A stretch of 64,000 nt of DNA. It comes from Callorhinchus milii (lineage: Eukaryota). Below the pieces are notes generated by a model. The model searched no databases, was not told where the DNA came from, and was given only the letters and a program-made list of their open reading frames with translations. This document shows, piece by piece, positions 30,911 to 44,216 of this stretch; the stretch's first letter is position 1; each line of letters begins with the position of its first letter. The stretch covers positions 38,690,001-38,754,000 of the forward strand of contig NW_024704742.1 of NCBI RefSeq assembly GCF_018977255.1. Direction: 5' to 3'. A program made the translations under genes and the position numbers.

Positions 30911-33900
30911 GGACGTCTTGAAGCTCTTCACAGGATATACAGTTGTAAAGTATGCTGTGCATTTTCTGGCCAAACTCCTTGACTACAAATCTCTAAAACA
31001 TTTTTGCCAACCATGCCATGTGGGGCACAGGTTCTGCATATTGGTTTGGTTTAATTCTTACCTTCTGTAAATGGAAGTTGCATCACAGTGATGCCTCCTC
31101 AAAAGCAGACTCAAGGACGCCACTAGGCTGATGTTCATGTGTCACAAATACTATGGGCTGATCTGATAATGTATCATGAATTATTGTTTCTAATTGTACA
31201 CTGCTATTCGTAAATGCTAATATTGTAGCTACTGAGGGCTACCAACTTTACAATTCAGTTTGGGGACTTTAAACTCATATTCCAGGCTAACACTCCAGTG
31301 CAATACTAGGGGGTGCCGTATTGTCAGAGGTGTCATCCTTTGGATGAGACTTTAAACTAAGATCCCATCTGCCTGTTTAGATGGGTGTTAAAGATCTTGT
31401 GACACTATTCAAAAAGAGAAAGGAGTTTCTCTTGGTGTCCTGGCCAACAATCCACCAGACAAAATAGTTTTTTCACTTCATGGCTGTTCATGGAACATTG
31501 TTGTATGCAAACAAACACTTCTGTGTTTACCTATTTGTAGGTGTTTACCTATTTGTAGGTAAACATCTCAAAGTGTTTCACTTTGTGAAGTGAGATGTTT
31601 CAACAATGTGATAAAGTGTAGTATGAAATGCAAGGATTATTATTATTTATTCATGTTAAATAGACTCTATTGTATCACCACACTGGTAAGTAAATTTTGC
31701 TTTTTTACTACAAGTACAGATTCCTACCCAGATTTTATAATGCTGCAATTTACACCATGAAATGTCAGAAAATCTTATATATACACTGTGGAACTTTGTT
31801 AAACTCTACATCTGTGAATCATAAAATCAGAAATGTAAAGCTAATTGAATTAATAAACACATATATGTGTATGTTTATAATAATGTCACCGAAAGGCTTC
31901 CTTCTGAACTGAAAATTGCTGTTTTTATAGACTTCATTTAAAACATCGGTTTGGATTATGTAAAATATCAGAGATTATCCTTTAAAGAAGCATTACTCTC
32001 TGGAGAGATGAGAGTACGTTACAGTAAAACGGAACAGACATATCAAATGAAGGCAATCATTTAACAAGACTTCCAGAATTGAAACCTATACGTACCTTGA
32101 AATGACACTCTTGGGATTACACATGTATACCTTGTTAGATTGAACAAAAGGCAACAATGAGAACTGTACCTTGAGGTTCATGTCACTGGATTATGGATAA
32201 AGTGCTGCTGATAAGTGCACCATACGTGTGCTCTAGACAGGAAGCACATTGTTGGGTTGGCTATGCGAGAACTGTAAAGGTTTCTTTATCATGTTCTACG
32301 TTATCAGTCAGAAGCATGTTTTGCCTCCAGTTTTGAGTGCAAGGTTTCAGCATGTTCCACACAGATAAAGATTTGTTATTTCCCCCTTCAAGTTCACCAA
32401 AATAAAAGACAGAATGCTATTCAAAATTAACAGCGAGCCATAATTGGTTTGCATTTAGTGATCTTATTCACTGCAGTGGTGCAGAACATAACCAATCTTA
32501 CAGGCGATTATCACAATGAAGATGATGCCTGGACAATACCAACAACAACAAATTTATATAGTGCCTTTCTCATCAGGAGGACGTACCAAGCCGCTGGACA
32601 ATGAGGGGTTTGCGCCTGAGCCACAGGTTGGGATCAGAGAAGAGTGGAGGCAAGAGGGGTGGAGGGGATGATAATCAAAGGCATGGGCGAAAAGGAATGT
32701 ATTGAGACTGGACCTGAAGGAGGCAACATGAAGAACCGTGCCTAGGTAATTCTGTGACATTGCTTTACCGTGCCATTCCTTCTCAAAGGCATTGTTTGCG
32801 TTTTTATAATTTTAGACCTGACTTTGTTTGGCCACTTCATAAACCATCGGATTTCGATCAACTGTGGCTTTCAATTAATCTGGATAAACTTTAACAGAAT
32901 TGGAAGGAGTCTGCTGCTGGGTGTAGTTTTTACGAAATGTTGAAACATTCCTGCTGACAATTTTATGTATTAGAACGTTTTATTGAAAGCAATTTTCAAT
33001 TTTTGAGAGTCTAGATTTTAGTGCTGTATGTGTATAGTACTTGTATGGGGTGTGATCGCAGGAGGCTCAATCTATTACAAGTCAGAGAGAGCAATAGTAA
33101 TGTGAATACATCAGTCTGTTATGTTTTTGTGTTATTTTCCTACTCCTCCGCACCCCCCCCTCCCCCATTGTGGGTTTCAAAAGGGAAGTAGACAGGTATA
33201 TGAAAGATAAAGACTTGAGGGATCTAAGGATAGGGCAGGGCAGTGGGATTGATTCTTGCACTGAGTGTTAGTGCAGAATTGATGGTTTCTAATTGATAAT
33301 AATATAATAATCCTTGCATTTGATATAGCGCTTTTCACGTCTTCTAGACATCTCAAAGTGCTTCACAGAATAGACTGTAAAGTGAATTGACCGTATATTT
33401 GTGGGCGAAACGCGGCAGCCAATTGCGCACAGCAGTGTCCCACAAACAGTTGTGGATTGAAAATGAAAATTGATGCATTTTTATAGCTCTATGAATTAAT
33501 GATTTTAGCACAGCATTTGGAAAAACTCAACCAGTCACCGATTCATAGACTTTAATTGAACATAGAGATATATTTTCAAAAAGAAAAGTTGGACATTTCA
33601 GTGGTTTACTGAATTACATTTTTTTTCCAACTCCTTAAGAAATTATGATATCTTGGAGCCAGTTGTAAAAGTGTTACTGCAATGGAGCTCAATAGCAGAA
33701 TCTGAAAAAAAAAGAATTGTTTTGTTTTGATCTCTGTTTAGCAGAATGTGAATCTTTACCTGATGCTATTAATTGTCCTACTGTGTTTTTATACTTCAAT
33801 AACTACAGAATCAAAAAGGAACGAGACTCATCGATACTTCAGTAAAGAAAGTGCAGCCTTAATATGTTCCACTAGGTGTCACTGAGACACTTAGGATTGA

Positions 33901-34905
33901 CTCAACTATCTTTGTTGGGAAACAAAATGATTCTGCAAATCCTTAAAATCTACTTTACTACAAATGTAAATAAATAATTTTAAAGCTAAATTCATGCTTT
34001 TGTAGAAATTGTGTCTGTTATTTTAAATATTTCCCCCCACCAATGAATATTCATTACAGGGAAAAAGAATGTGCACTTTTATAGCATGTTTTCACATCAA
34101 AATGTCTCCAAGAGCTTAATAGATAATTTTTGTCAGGTGTAGTCAGTGGTTTTGTGGGCAAACTTGGAAGACATTTGTGCCAGCAAGGTCCTGCATACTA
34201 GGGCCATTTTAAACTGAAAAGCTTTGGTTGTATTTTCATTAAAAAAATTCTTTAGGTCATTTCAAAGCTCACAGTCTAATTAATTTTGCAAGTTATTACA
34301 ATATATTCTAAATGTAACTTGGAGTTGCTCGTGATATAAAAAGCAAAGCTAAGTCTATATTCTAAAACTGAAATTTATAAGAACAACTCATGTTGTGTGT
34401 CAGCTGACACAGTTGGAAGCATTCTCACCTCTAAGTCAGAAAGTTGTGGGTTCAAGCCCCGTATCACATTCATATAGTCTAGGCTGATGCTCTATTGCAA
34501 TGTTGTGAGTGTGCTGTGTTATTGGAGGTGCTGTCCTTCAAATAAGACATTGATCCATGGTCAAGTGATTGTTAAAGATCTTGTGACACTATTTGAATAA
34601 AACAGGAGTGTCTCTTGGTGTCCTGGGCAACAATCCCTCATTTAAAATTGAGTATTCATTTGTGGCTGTTTGTGGGACATTGCTGTGTGCAAATTGGTTG
34701 CCATGTTCACTTAAAAAATACACTGTTACTACACTTTACAGTGTATCCTGTGAGACATTCCTCCTAATATGAAAGGCACTAATGTAAAGTGTAAGTATTA
34801 TTATTAATACAGTAACACTGTATTTACACTAGTGGAGTCAATTGATTTAATGGTAATAATTACAAGCCTGTTTGCTTATATGACATTGCAACATTTGACC
34901 CTTAA

Positions 34906-35197
34906 TGGAGTCCTGTAGCTCAGTGGTTAGAGCACTCGCTTTGCAAATGAGAGACCTGGGTTTGATTCCCGGCAGGGTGAAACTTTGGGCAACTTTCCTT
35001 ACTCCACACACCTGATAATAACCATTCAAAAAAAAATTGGTCTCTTCAATCCATGACTGTTTGTGGGACACTGCCGTGCACACAGATTTACAGTCAATTC
35101 ACTTTACAGTCTATTCTGTGAAGCACTTTGAGACGTCTAGAAGACGTGAAAAGCGCTATATCAAATGCAAGGATTATTATTATTTTTATTATTATTA
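34906..35197 (+). mobile_element. Family A SINE (internally deleted)
   Basis: tRNA head and tail present. Confidence 0.88.
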
Positions 35198-36337
35198 GTG
35201 CAATGCAAAATATTCAAATGTTCTGCCATTAATGATTTTGTTTAATTTCTGTGAATTAGCTTGTCTGCAGATTACTTGTGTTTTGCTACTTGTTAACTCA
35301 ATGCTATTGATTCAAGTTTAAATTCCTATATTTATTACATTTCCGCTGCACCATCTTAAAACTAGCAATGAATAGCTTCCAAATCATGTCAGCTTATGTT
35401 TAATGCAGTGATGACAACTACATCTTTATCTCATTGATTCATTGATAACTGATCCAGAATGTGAATTTAATAATGATAATAATCCTTGCATTTGGTATAG
35501 CATCTTATCACTTCGCCAAGACATCTCAAAATGCTTCACAGGATAGACTGTAAAGTGGTGTGACTGTACATTTTGTGGGGGAACTTGTCCTAAACTGACT
35601 TTGTTTCATTGACATTTGAATCAAAGCTTAAATGTTGCTGTAAACTGTAAAAAAGATTTCTTTTGGTAGCAAAGGAAATACTTAGCATTTTAAATGAAAG
35701 ATGGATGTGTAATCACATCTTCTATAGAGAGCTGTTACAATCTGAACCAGTCATTAACGTCAGGTAATATGGTCACTAAATACAGTTTCAGCTTCATGTA
35801 CGTGACTTAATCAAGGTCTCTCATGCTGTTTACACACAACCGCAGAATGTACTGCACCTGCTAGGACAGTGCTGACAGCATCTGAGCAGTGATGTGAGCG
35901 AGGAGGAGCTGAGGATATGCCCACATGCATTGCTGTAGAATGGCAGTGGTGGGGGTGGGGGAGAAGAGAGATGATCGATCACCAGGTATATATTAAACAT
36001 GTACCCAGAGCTCTCCTTTCTGGCATCTGACTGCACACCCAGCTCTTTCCAATTGGTAAATGTACAACAATGATAGATACCTTCGCTTTGATTTTATTTC
36101 TGATTTTCTTCCCTCCTTTGCCAACAAACAAAATTCTCTTCACTAGACAGTTGTCCACAAGCTAAGGCACAGTCATTACACGTTACAGTAAAATCCTTTG
36201 AAACACTTTGTCGAGCTGACAAAAAGCGCTATATCAAATGCAGGGATCATTATTATTATTAATTACTTGTTAAGCACTTTGAGACGTTTTGATGTGATAA
36301 GAAGCAGAAGAACGCTTTCATTCTTTCTTCCCTTTCC

Positions 36338-37480
36338 TGGAGGTTGTGACTCATTTTGGTATATTACTTGGCAGACACCTCACCCAAATGTGAGCCCCGG
36401 AGACTGAGCATCAGCAAATCATTTCACTGTGAGCAAAAATCAGTCTTCAATCAGTGGATCTATGTAATGGACTTTCTACCTCACGGTAGTGAAAAATAAA
36501 CATCCAACACCTCTCATTCAACTGGAGACAGTGAAACAAATTGCAGTGTTCCCATCTCTGCATTGGCTGAGATCAGCTAATTTAGTGTAGACCTGGCATT
36601 GAATCAGAGAGATGCCTGTTTTTTTATAGGCCAGGAAATTGACCCTCAAACCATCAGGAAGCTTGATTTCAAAAATGTTTTACTGCCAGGAGTTTGTAAA
36701 GAAGACTCCAGGATTGACCCACACTGGCAGAGTTATAAAGGAACTAGATAAATTCCTGGAATTCAAACGGTTCAGAGTTATTAGATGATGAGACATAAGT
36801 ATCAAAGGAATCTTTTGGAAAATAGGATGGGTCAGCTCGATAGACTAATAGTCTACTCCTGCTTGAAACTGATATTATACTCTGTTACTAGGTTATACTG
36901 TACTTTTGGCATGAATGTGCTTACAATTTGAGTGTGGCACTGATAATAAAAGGCCAGTCATAGCAACGCTGGCATTTTAAACAAATATTAAAAGCTTCGA
37001 CCGGAAAATAAAATTAAAATCACAATTGATACTAATTCTTTGTACTGATATGTTGTAGCATTTTTGTTCACGGTGAAATAATAATAATAATAATCCTTGC
37101 ATTTCATATAGCCCTTTTCACGTCTTCTCGACGCCTCAAAGCGCTTCACAGAATATAATAATAATAATAATCCTTGCATTTGATATAGCGCTTTTCACGT
37201 CGGGAGGACGTCCCAAAGCGCTTCACAGAACACACTGTAAAGTGAATTGACTTTATATTTGTGGGCGAACGCGGCAGCCAATTGCGCACAGCAATGTCCC
37301 ACAAACACTCATGGATTGAAAGTGACCAATTTATTATTGTTTTGTTTTGGAAGGATTATTATTAGGCTCTATGTGGAGTAAGGAAACTTGCCCAAATGAT
37401 CTGCTGATGCTCAATGTCTGGGGCTCACGTTTGGGTGAGGTGTCTGCCAAGTAATATACCAAAATGAGTCACAACCTCCA
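36338..37480. mobile_element. Segment bounded by 87-bp inverted repeats (TGGAGG...CCTCCA) and a 5-bp direct repeat TTTCC; candidate non-autonomous DNA transposon
   Basis: 36338-36424 is the near-perfect reverse complement of 37394-37480; TTTCC at 36333-36337 and 37481-37485. Confidence 0.55.
37077..37393 (-). mobile_element. Two tandem/nested family A SINE 3' parts
   Basis: Two TAATAATAATCCTTGCATTT tails at about 37080 and 37157. Confidence 0.9.
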
Positions 37481-38797
37481 TTTCCGAAGCTACAGTTACA
37501 CTATGTCTGCAGCATAATAATAATTATCCTTGCATTTGATACATTGCGTATACTGTCAAAATATCTCATAGAGCTTCACAGGTAATTGCTACAAAGTGAA
37601 TACGACAGCTAATGTGCGCATGACAATATCCCACAAACAGAAATGAAGTGAATGATCAATTTTAAGCTTTCTCTCTTCGAATAGTGCTTTCTGATCTTTA
37701 ATATCCACTTGAACAGGCAGACAGAAACTTGGTTTTAAATCTCCTCTGCAGGACAGCACCTCCTACAATACAACACTGTACGAGTGTGTCAGCTCTCTCC
37801 TGTGATCTCACAATCTTGACCTAAACTGTGAGCTGAAACTGCAACCTTCCTACCCAGAGGCGAGAGTGCTACCAACTGAGCCAAATGGACAAAAGGCAAC
37901 AGCATAAAGTTACACTGCTGGATTGCACTGCTTCACACTCATTAAGTGGTAGACACACTGCTCAACTCATCGGTATACAGTGGAACTGCCAGCTCTTCAC
38001 TAATGTTTAATTGCATGGCTGCTCTTCCTCCGAACTCTCTAAACTTCAAACATATACAGTAGTTCAAAATATTTCCTTCCCACCAAGTGCAGATATGCAA
38101 CACACCCTCCTCAGAATAACAGACCTACAAGAGTAACTCCCTTAAATTAAATTCTTATTTGTGTTAACTAGACCATGCTTAGTCTCAGGATACTAATTGC
38201 CCCAAATTTAAATTCATTAAGAGACAGTAGATTTATAGTTCTTATTTGCTAACAAATTGTTTCTTGGTTGAATCTGCTAGCCATTTTATATATTAATAAC
38301 CCTTGCATTTAACATTGTCAAGATGTCTCAAGGTGCTTCACAGGATGTATTGTAAAGTGTTGTAAAGTGTTGTGACTGTGCATTTTGTAGCCATTTTACA
38401 CTGCAATTGGGATTTGAGAGCAGTGAGTGCTTCGCATCAAGTTATACAAGTTCCAAGTTATTGTGGCAGCACTCCGAGACGCTACCCCACATGAAAGGCG
38501 CGATATGTAGAGTTGGACGTTGGAAGGCCTTGTAACAAACAAAGTGGGTCAGCTCACTCCTCAGCTCAAACTGTAAGTGTCAGCATTTTATGTATTATGA
38601 CTCTGACTTAATTTAAGCCTTTGTGGTGTCGACAAAATATATGCTTGTGTCCATTAAATATTTTAAAGTTATTTCGAGAAGTGTGTATTTTAAATTTGTT
38701 AATATAAACAGGATACTGATTTTGTCCTCCTGACTCGAGAAACCCCGACTCTAATCACTGAAGCATTGGTATAAAATACCAAGCTCTGTGACATTTG

Positions 38798-39172
38798 CGG
38801 AGTCCTGTAGCTCAGTGGTTAGAGCACTCGCCTCGCAAGCGAGACACCTGGGTTCGATTCCAAGCAGGGTGAAATGTTGGGCAAGTTTCCTTACTCCACA
38901 TGCCTATGTTTACCTAGCAGTAAGTAGGAACCCGGTTGTTAGTCGATTGGTGGATCGCTTTTCCAGGGGTAATAATTCCTTCAAAAAAATAAATACATTT
39001 GTTACTTCAATCCACAATTGTTTGTGGGACACTGCTGTGTGCAATTGGCTGCCATGTTTTGCCCACAAAATATACAGTCAATTCACTTTACAGTATAATC
39101 TTTAAAGCGCTTTGAGACATTTCGAAGATGTGATAAAGCGCTATATCAAATGCAAGGATTATTAGTATTATA
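38798..39172 (+). mobile_element. Full-length tRNA-Ala-headed SINE (family A) with L2-type tail
   Basis: A box TAGCTCAGTGG, B box GGTTCGATTCC, conserved body, (TTA)n-like tail; many copies in the window. Confidence 0.92.
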
Positions 39173-41589
39173 TAAATGCAAAATGCAAGTTGTTGTTAGG
39201 CAGCCCAATCTTCTCTCAAGCAGAACTCTGTCTTCTCCTAAAGCTATTTTCCTCCGAATTCCATCTGCTGGGAGTATATTTCCACTGGCTCTGGCAGTTC
39301 TCTTGTATGTTGTGCATGTTTCCTTGGTGTAACCCTGGCGGTGAGTAATGGCAGGCAATTCAGTCATAAGGCGTCATAGCCAAGCCCAATGCTGTGCTTA
39401 GTTGACTTCCACACCAACATCGGGGGGTCTCAGAGAAGTTAGAAGTTGTGTACAAACTGGCTGCCACATTTTGCCCACAAAAATGCACTTTACAGTATAT
39501 CCTGTGAAACACTTTGATACGTCTCAATTACATAATAAGGCTCTTTATCAAATGCGAGGATTATTATAATTATTATTATCAGGAGTTCTGGCAGCTTTGC
39601 TCTGCTCTCGACCCAGGGGCACTGAGCTCAGCTGTAGCTGCCCGTCCTGCTGCTCCAGTTGAGATAATAATAATCCTTACATCTGATATAGTACCTTTCT
39701 CTTCAGGAGGACATCTCACAGCATTTTGCAGGGTGTACTGTAAAGTGTAATGACTGCTTATTGTGTAGGCGAATGCAATACGGTGAACACAGCTTGGCCT
39801 CGGCTCTGATAGCCCACAATTGAAGAGCTCGCCAATACCTACTGCCAAAATCAACTCACTCAGCAAAGATTCAAAACCTGCAAACCTTCCTGGTCTGCAT
39901 TGCCTTTACCCACCAGGTTATTTAAGGAGCTGGTAGCAGTTTGGAAAGCTACCAATAGTAAAAACAAAGGCAGCCCAGCTGACTGCCTGGGAACTTTCCA
40001 ACCTTCAATTTAAGACCTAGTGGTTGTCTCTGCTACACTTCTGTGGGAATGAATCGCACTGGGATCAGATGCCTGAAACTGTGGAAGCTGTGTAAAATCA
40101 TCTCCTGCTATTTTGCATGCAAGTCTGATTTTAAGCGTCATCGTGATAAAAGAAACAACTGAATTCTGGAAATGTAAAAATAATAATAGAAAATACTGCA
40201 AATTGCTAGCAAGTGAAGCAGCATCTGAAAGAGAGTGAATGAGTCACCCTTTTGGCGAGACTATTTGCTCTTGTGAAAATGTCCACTATGGAAAACTGGA
40301 TCGTATTTTGTGAATGGGATTCCTTAAAAAAGATTACAAATGGGAAGTCCATTCCATAACTGAAAATATGTCGCATCAACCCTCGGGAACCCAGCGCCAA
40401 TCCGATATGCTCCTGGAGTGGAGTTTCTGTGGGTCGAGAGGAATTCTAATGGGATTCCTTATAAAGCAATGCAGTACCACAACATAACCTCCCTGTTTCA
40501 GTTTTATTTAATATTATTGGAGTCTAGCAGGACACCTGCTAACCACAAACTGGATTTTATATAGTTTTCAGCATTAGGCTGGATTTAATATTACAAAGTG
40601 ATTTTTTTAGGGGTTATGAAGATTACTTTCCCGGGAAAACTCCTTCTCGTTCTTGGGAGCAGGGAAAGCCCATGTGAAAAGTACATCTTCAGCATCCATT
40701 AACGAAAGACGAGAGGCTCTCTAGCGCATTTTCTCAGCATTTACCGCAGATAATGAACATACACATCCTCACACCAAAATAGCTGCATTTATGGAGGAGC
40801 AATACAGGTCGTGCACTTTGCAGTTTACGGTCTGAAATACATGGGATTTAAAGCCTCACTAAATGCGGCAGGGAAAAGTCGAGAAATTAATAATAATCCT
40901 TGCATTTGATATAGTATCAATAACATGTCGTCGAGACATTTCAAAGTTGAAACGCCTCAAAACGTTTCACAGGATATATTGCAAAGTGGATTGACTGTGT
41001 ATTTTGGAGGCGAAATTTGCAGTGGTTTGAGTATTCCGAGTAAGACACTCCTTGCAATTTTTGCTATAGCTCCTTATCTTTATTTGGGCTGACGTGCGTG
41101 TGTAGCGCTCCTACCCCTCTTGAAGTGTGCTGTATAAATGCAAGTTGTTGTTGTTGTTGTGTGTGTGTGTGTGTGGTGGGTAAGTGGGTGGGGGAGAGTT
41201 CAGGCACAGGAAAGTTTGTGCAGCAAATACCTGGAAAACAACCCAAATCCCTTCAAACTGCGCTAACAATCGTTCTGCCCCTCGCGATCACGGTAGTAAA
41301 CATACGGTCAATTCACTTTACAGCGTATTCTGTGAAGCGCTTTGAGACGTCGAGAAGCCGCGAAAAGCGCTATAGCAAATGCAAGGATTGTTATTATTGT
41401 TATTATTATGATGATGATGATGATGATGATGGCAATATGACCGAAGCCTCTCTGAGGTGTCAGGGCTGTGTGGGCTCAGTGAAGGCACGAAGCAAAAAAA
41501 AAAAAAAAAATTAAACCCCACAAAAGTTACAGTGTTTGGGCTGCGATTCCGCTCTTGACTTTTTTTTGCAATATTATTTTTTTGGACGT

Positions 41590-41723
41590 TATGACAGATC
41601 TCTCGCCTCCTCCTGCCTCCCCCCCCCCTCCCTCCCTCCCCTCCCCTCCCTCCCCTCCCCCCTCCCTCCCTCCCCAGCCATCCTGACCGCCTGCAGCTGT
41701 CCGGGAGACGCCGTGTGGCTCTG

Positions 41724-41761
<38 letters not shown>

Positions 41762-42650
41762 TGTGAGTGAGTGCGAGTGAAGTGCAGGAGAAATATCTGC
41801 ACATCTCGACGCTGTTATATGGTAATGAAGTGGGGGGAGAGCTGCGACTGGAGGTATTTACCGGGTGCAGTCTGCGAGCGGCAAACCAGCCCAAGGCATT
41901 GGACCACTGAGAGGCACCAAAGTGCTCCACACACTCACTCACTCACTCACTCACAGTCACTCACTCACTCTCACACACACACAGACAGACACACACAGAC
42001 ACACACAGACACCACTACACAACCGCTACACACACCACTCAGTTCCAGATCGCCGTGTGTTGCGGTGTTGCACCGAAGCCGCTGCTCTCTCCTCTCCTCT
42101 CACTCCTCTCCTCTCACTCCTCTCTCCTCACTCCTCTCTCCTCACTCCGTGTCCCCCCTCTCTCTCTCTCTGCGCTGCAGTTTGCCCTTTGCACAGGTAG
42201 AACCGGGACCGGGAGGAAAGCGAGAGGCGCAGAGACGACAGCAACAGGTTTTTTTTTTAATTTTTTTTTATAAAAAAAAAGCCATCGCAAAAGCTTCCAG
42301 ATTTTTAATTTTTTTTTTGCATTCAAACCGATTGAGAGGGGGGATCGGGACTCTCGAACCCCCCCCACTCCCCCTCTCCCTCTCCCTCTCCCTCTCTCTC
42401 TCTCTCTCCCTCACCCCCCGCCCCGAATTGACCACTCTTTACAGCTGCTTTTTTTTTTGTTTTATTTTATTTTATCGACGACGGCGACGACGATCCTCAA
42501 TTAATGAATTCGGAATTCACGGGATGAATGTTTCGCGTTCAAATCCCCTTCTCCTCCTTCTCCTTCTTCTTCTTCTGTGTGTTGTGTGGCTCTCTCTCCC
42601 CGAGTTTTGCTGATCGAACATCTGTCGCTGGTCATTCCTGGGGGTTTGAG
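41590..42650 (+). promoter_or_regulatory. Probable COL25A1 promoter / non-coding first exon region; possible donor cacag|gtagaa at 42196
   Basis: CpG-rich and free of SINE/LINE insertions; poly-C/CCT tract 41605-41676; CT, GT and CACT microsatellites; lies just upstream of the first coding exon. Confidence 0.45.
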
Positions 42651-42658
42651 AGGCAGTG

Positions 42659-43112
42659 AACACACACACACACACATATATATATATAACATATATATAT
42701 ATATAACACACACACATATATATATAACACATATATACATATAACACACACACACACATATATATATATATAACATATATATACATATAACACACACACA
42801 CATATAACATATATATACATATAACACACACACACACATATATAACATATATATATTCATATAACACACACACACATATATAACATATATATAACATACA
42901 TCATATACAACACACACGTGTATATATAACATATAACACACACACACATATATATAACATATACATATAACACACACACATATACTATATATATATATAA
43001 CACACACATATATATACATATAACACACACACACACACATATATAACACACACACACATACATATATATATACACATATAACACACACACACACATATAC
43101 ATATAACACACA
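42659..43112. repeat. Compound (CA)n/(TA)n microsatellite with higher-order periodicity
   Basis: Seen directly. Confidence 0.97.
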
Positions 43113-43127
43113 CCCCCACCCACACAG

Positions 43128-43445
43128 ATGCCCAAAGTGTCCCGGGAGCTGCTCCCCGGGGCGATGGTGCCGGGGCCGGTGCCGGGGCCGCGGGTGGAGG
43201 CGGGGGGCGGGGGCGGGGGCTGCCGTGCCCGGTGGTGCCCCCCCGCTGGGCTCTGGGCTCTGCTCTCGGCGGCATCGGCGACGCTTTGCATCTGCCTGAG
43301 CGTGAGGACCTCCGGGCTGGAGCGCAGGATCTCCGCCCTGGAGACCGCAGAGGGACCCGCGCTGCCGGTGGGGCGCATCCCGGCTCCGGCCGCCGAGCAG
43401 ATGAGGCGGATGGTGCGGGAGAGAGTGGAGCAACTTGTGGAGCAG
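43128..43445 (+). CDS. COL25A1: Transmembrane collagen (collagen XXV alpha 1 / CLAC-P) first coding exon: cytoplasmic tail, TM helix, coiled coil
   Basis: LWALLSAASATLCICLSVRTSGLERRISALETAEG...MRRMVRERVEQLVEQ parallels recalled COL25A1 (LAALLSVVAVVSCLYLGVKTNDLQARIAALESAKG...MVQEKVERLLAQ). Donor CAG|gtaagg, CpG-rich. The start may instead be the stronger-context ATG at 43164. Confidence 0.85.
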
Positions 43446-44146
43446 GTAAGGAGAGGGTGGGGGTGGGGGTGGGGGTGGGGTGGGGGGGGATCCGAACCCC
43501 CGACCCTCCGACCCCCTTAGCTTCACTCCCCAGCGCCGAGCACCCGGTGTGTGTGTTGCACTGCGTTGCACAGTGTTGCAAACACTCCCCACCCCACACC
43601 CCACCCACGACAGCCCCACCACTCGCCCACCCCGTCCCCCTCTGTCCATTTCACCCCCTTTCAAACCAGAAACCCCGCAACGCACCGGAGAGGGGGTGAA
43701 GCCCCCACAGCAACTGCAGCGCAACACAGCGGGAAGTTTTACACAGCCAGTCAGTCTGGGCTGCTTTACACCCCCCCCACCCCTCATCCCCTAAGTTATT
43801 TATTGACCCCGCAGTGGATAATAATAACAATAATAATAACCCTTGCATTTGATATAACGCTTTTCACGTCTTCACGACGTCTCAAAGCGCTTCACAGAAT
43901 ATGCTGTAAAGATGTGGGACTGTGCTGTATTTCTGTCTGGGTTGATCTGCGCTGTGCTGGGGGGTGGTTGTCTGTACATTAGGATGGACCCATTGGTGTT
44001 TCAGAAGGTTTCCCCCCCCACCCCCCACCACCTTCTACTCCCAAGACTTATTCCATCGTTTATCGCATAGTCTAAGAAACAAGTGACCAGTGACTGTGAC
44101 AATGAATCAGTCGATGTTCACGGCAGCTTGGGTTGATGTCTTGCAG

Positions 44147-44216
44147 GGATCCTATCAAGATGTCGTGAAACGCAGGTTTGCGAGAGAGACATCCCCTGAG
44201 TGCAACTGCCCTCCAG
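44147..44216 (+). CDS. COL25A1: COL25A1 second coding exon (GSYQDVVKRRFARETSPECNCPP), furin site RFAR and CxC motif
   Basis: ttgcag acceptor, gtgagt donor, 70 nt; matches recalled KSYEHMAKIRIAREAPSECNCPA. Confidence 0.9.

Noticed and set aside
38800..38872. tRNA-Ala genes (also 25011, 29155, 34908, 57905)
   Set aside because: A/B boxes and an anticodon-like arm are present, but each runs into a SINE body and tail, so these are SINE heads
41771..43787. Long ORFs of 280 aa (+) and 428 aa (-)
   Set aside because: Low-complexity translations of microsatellites and the GC-rich antisense of the collagen exon
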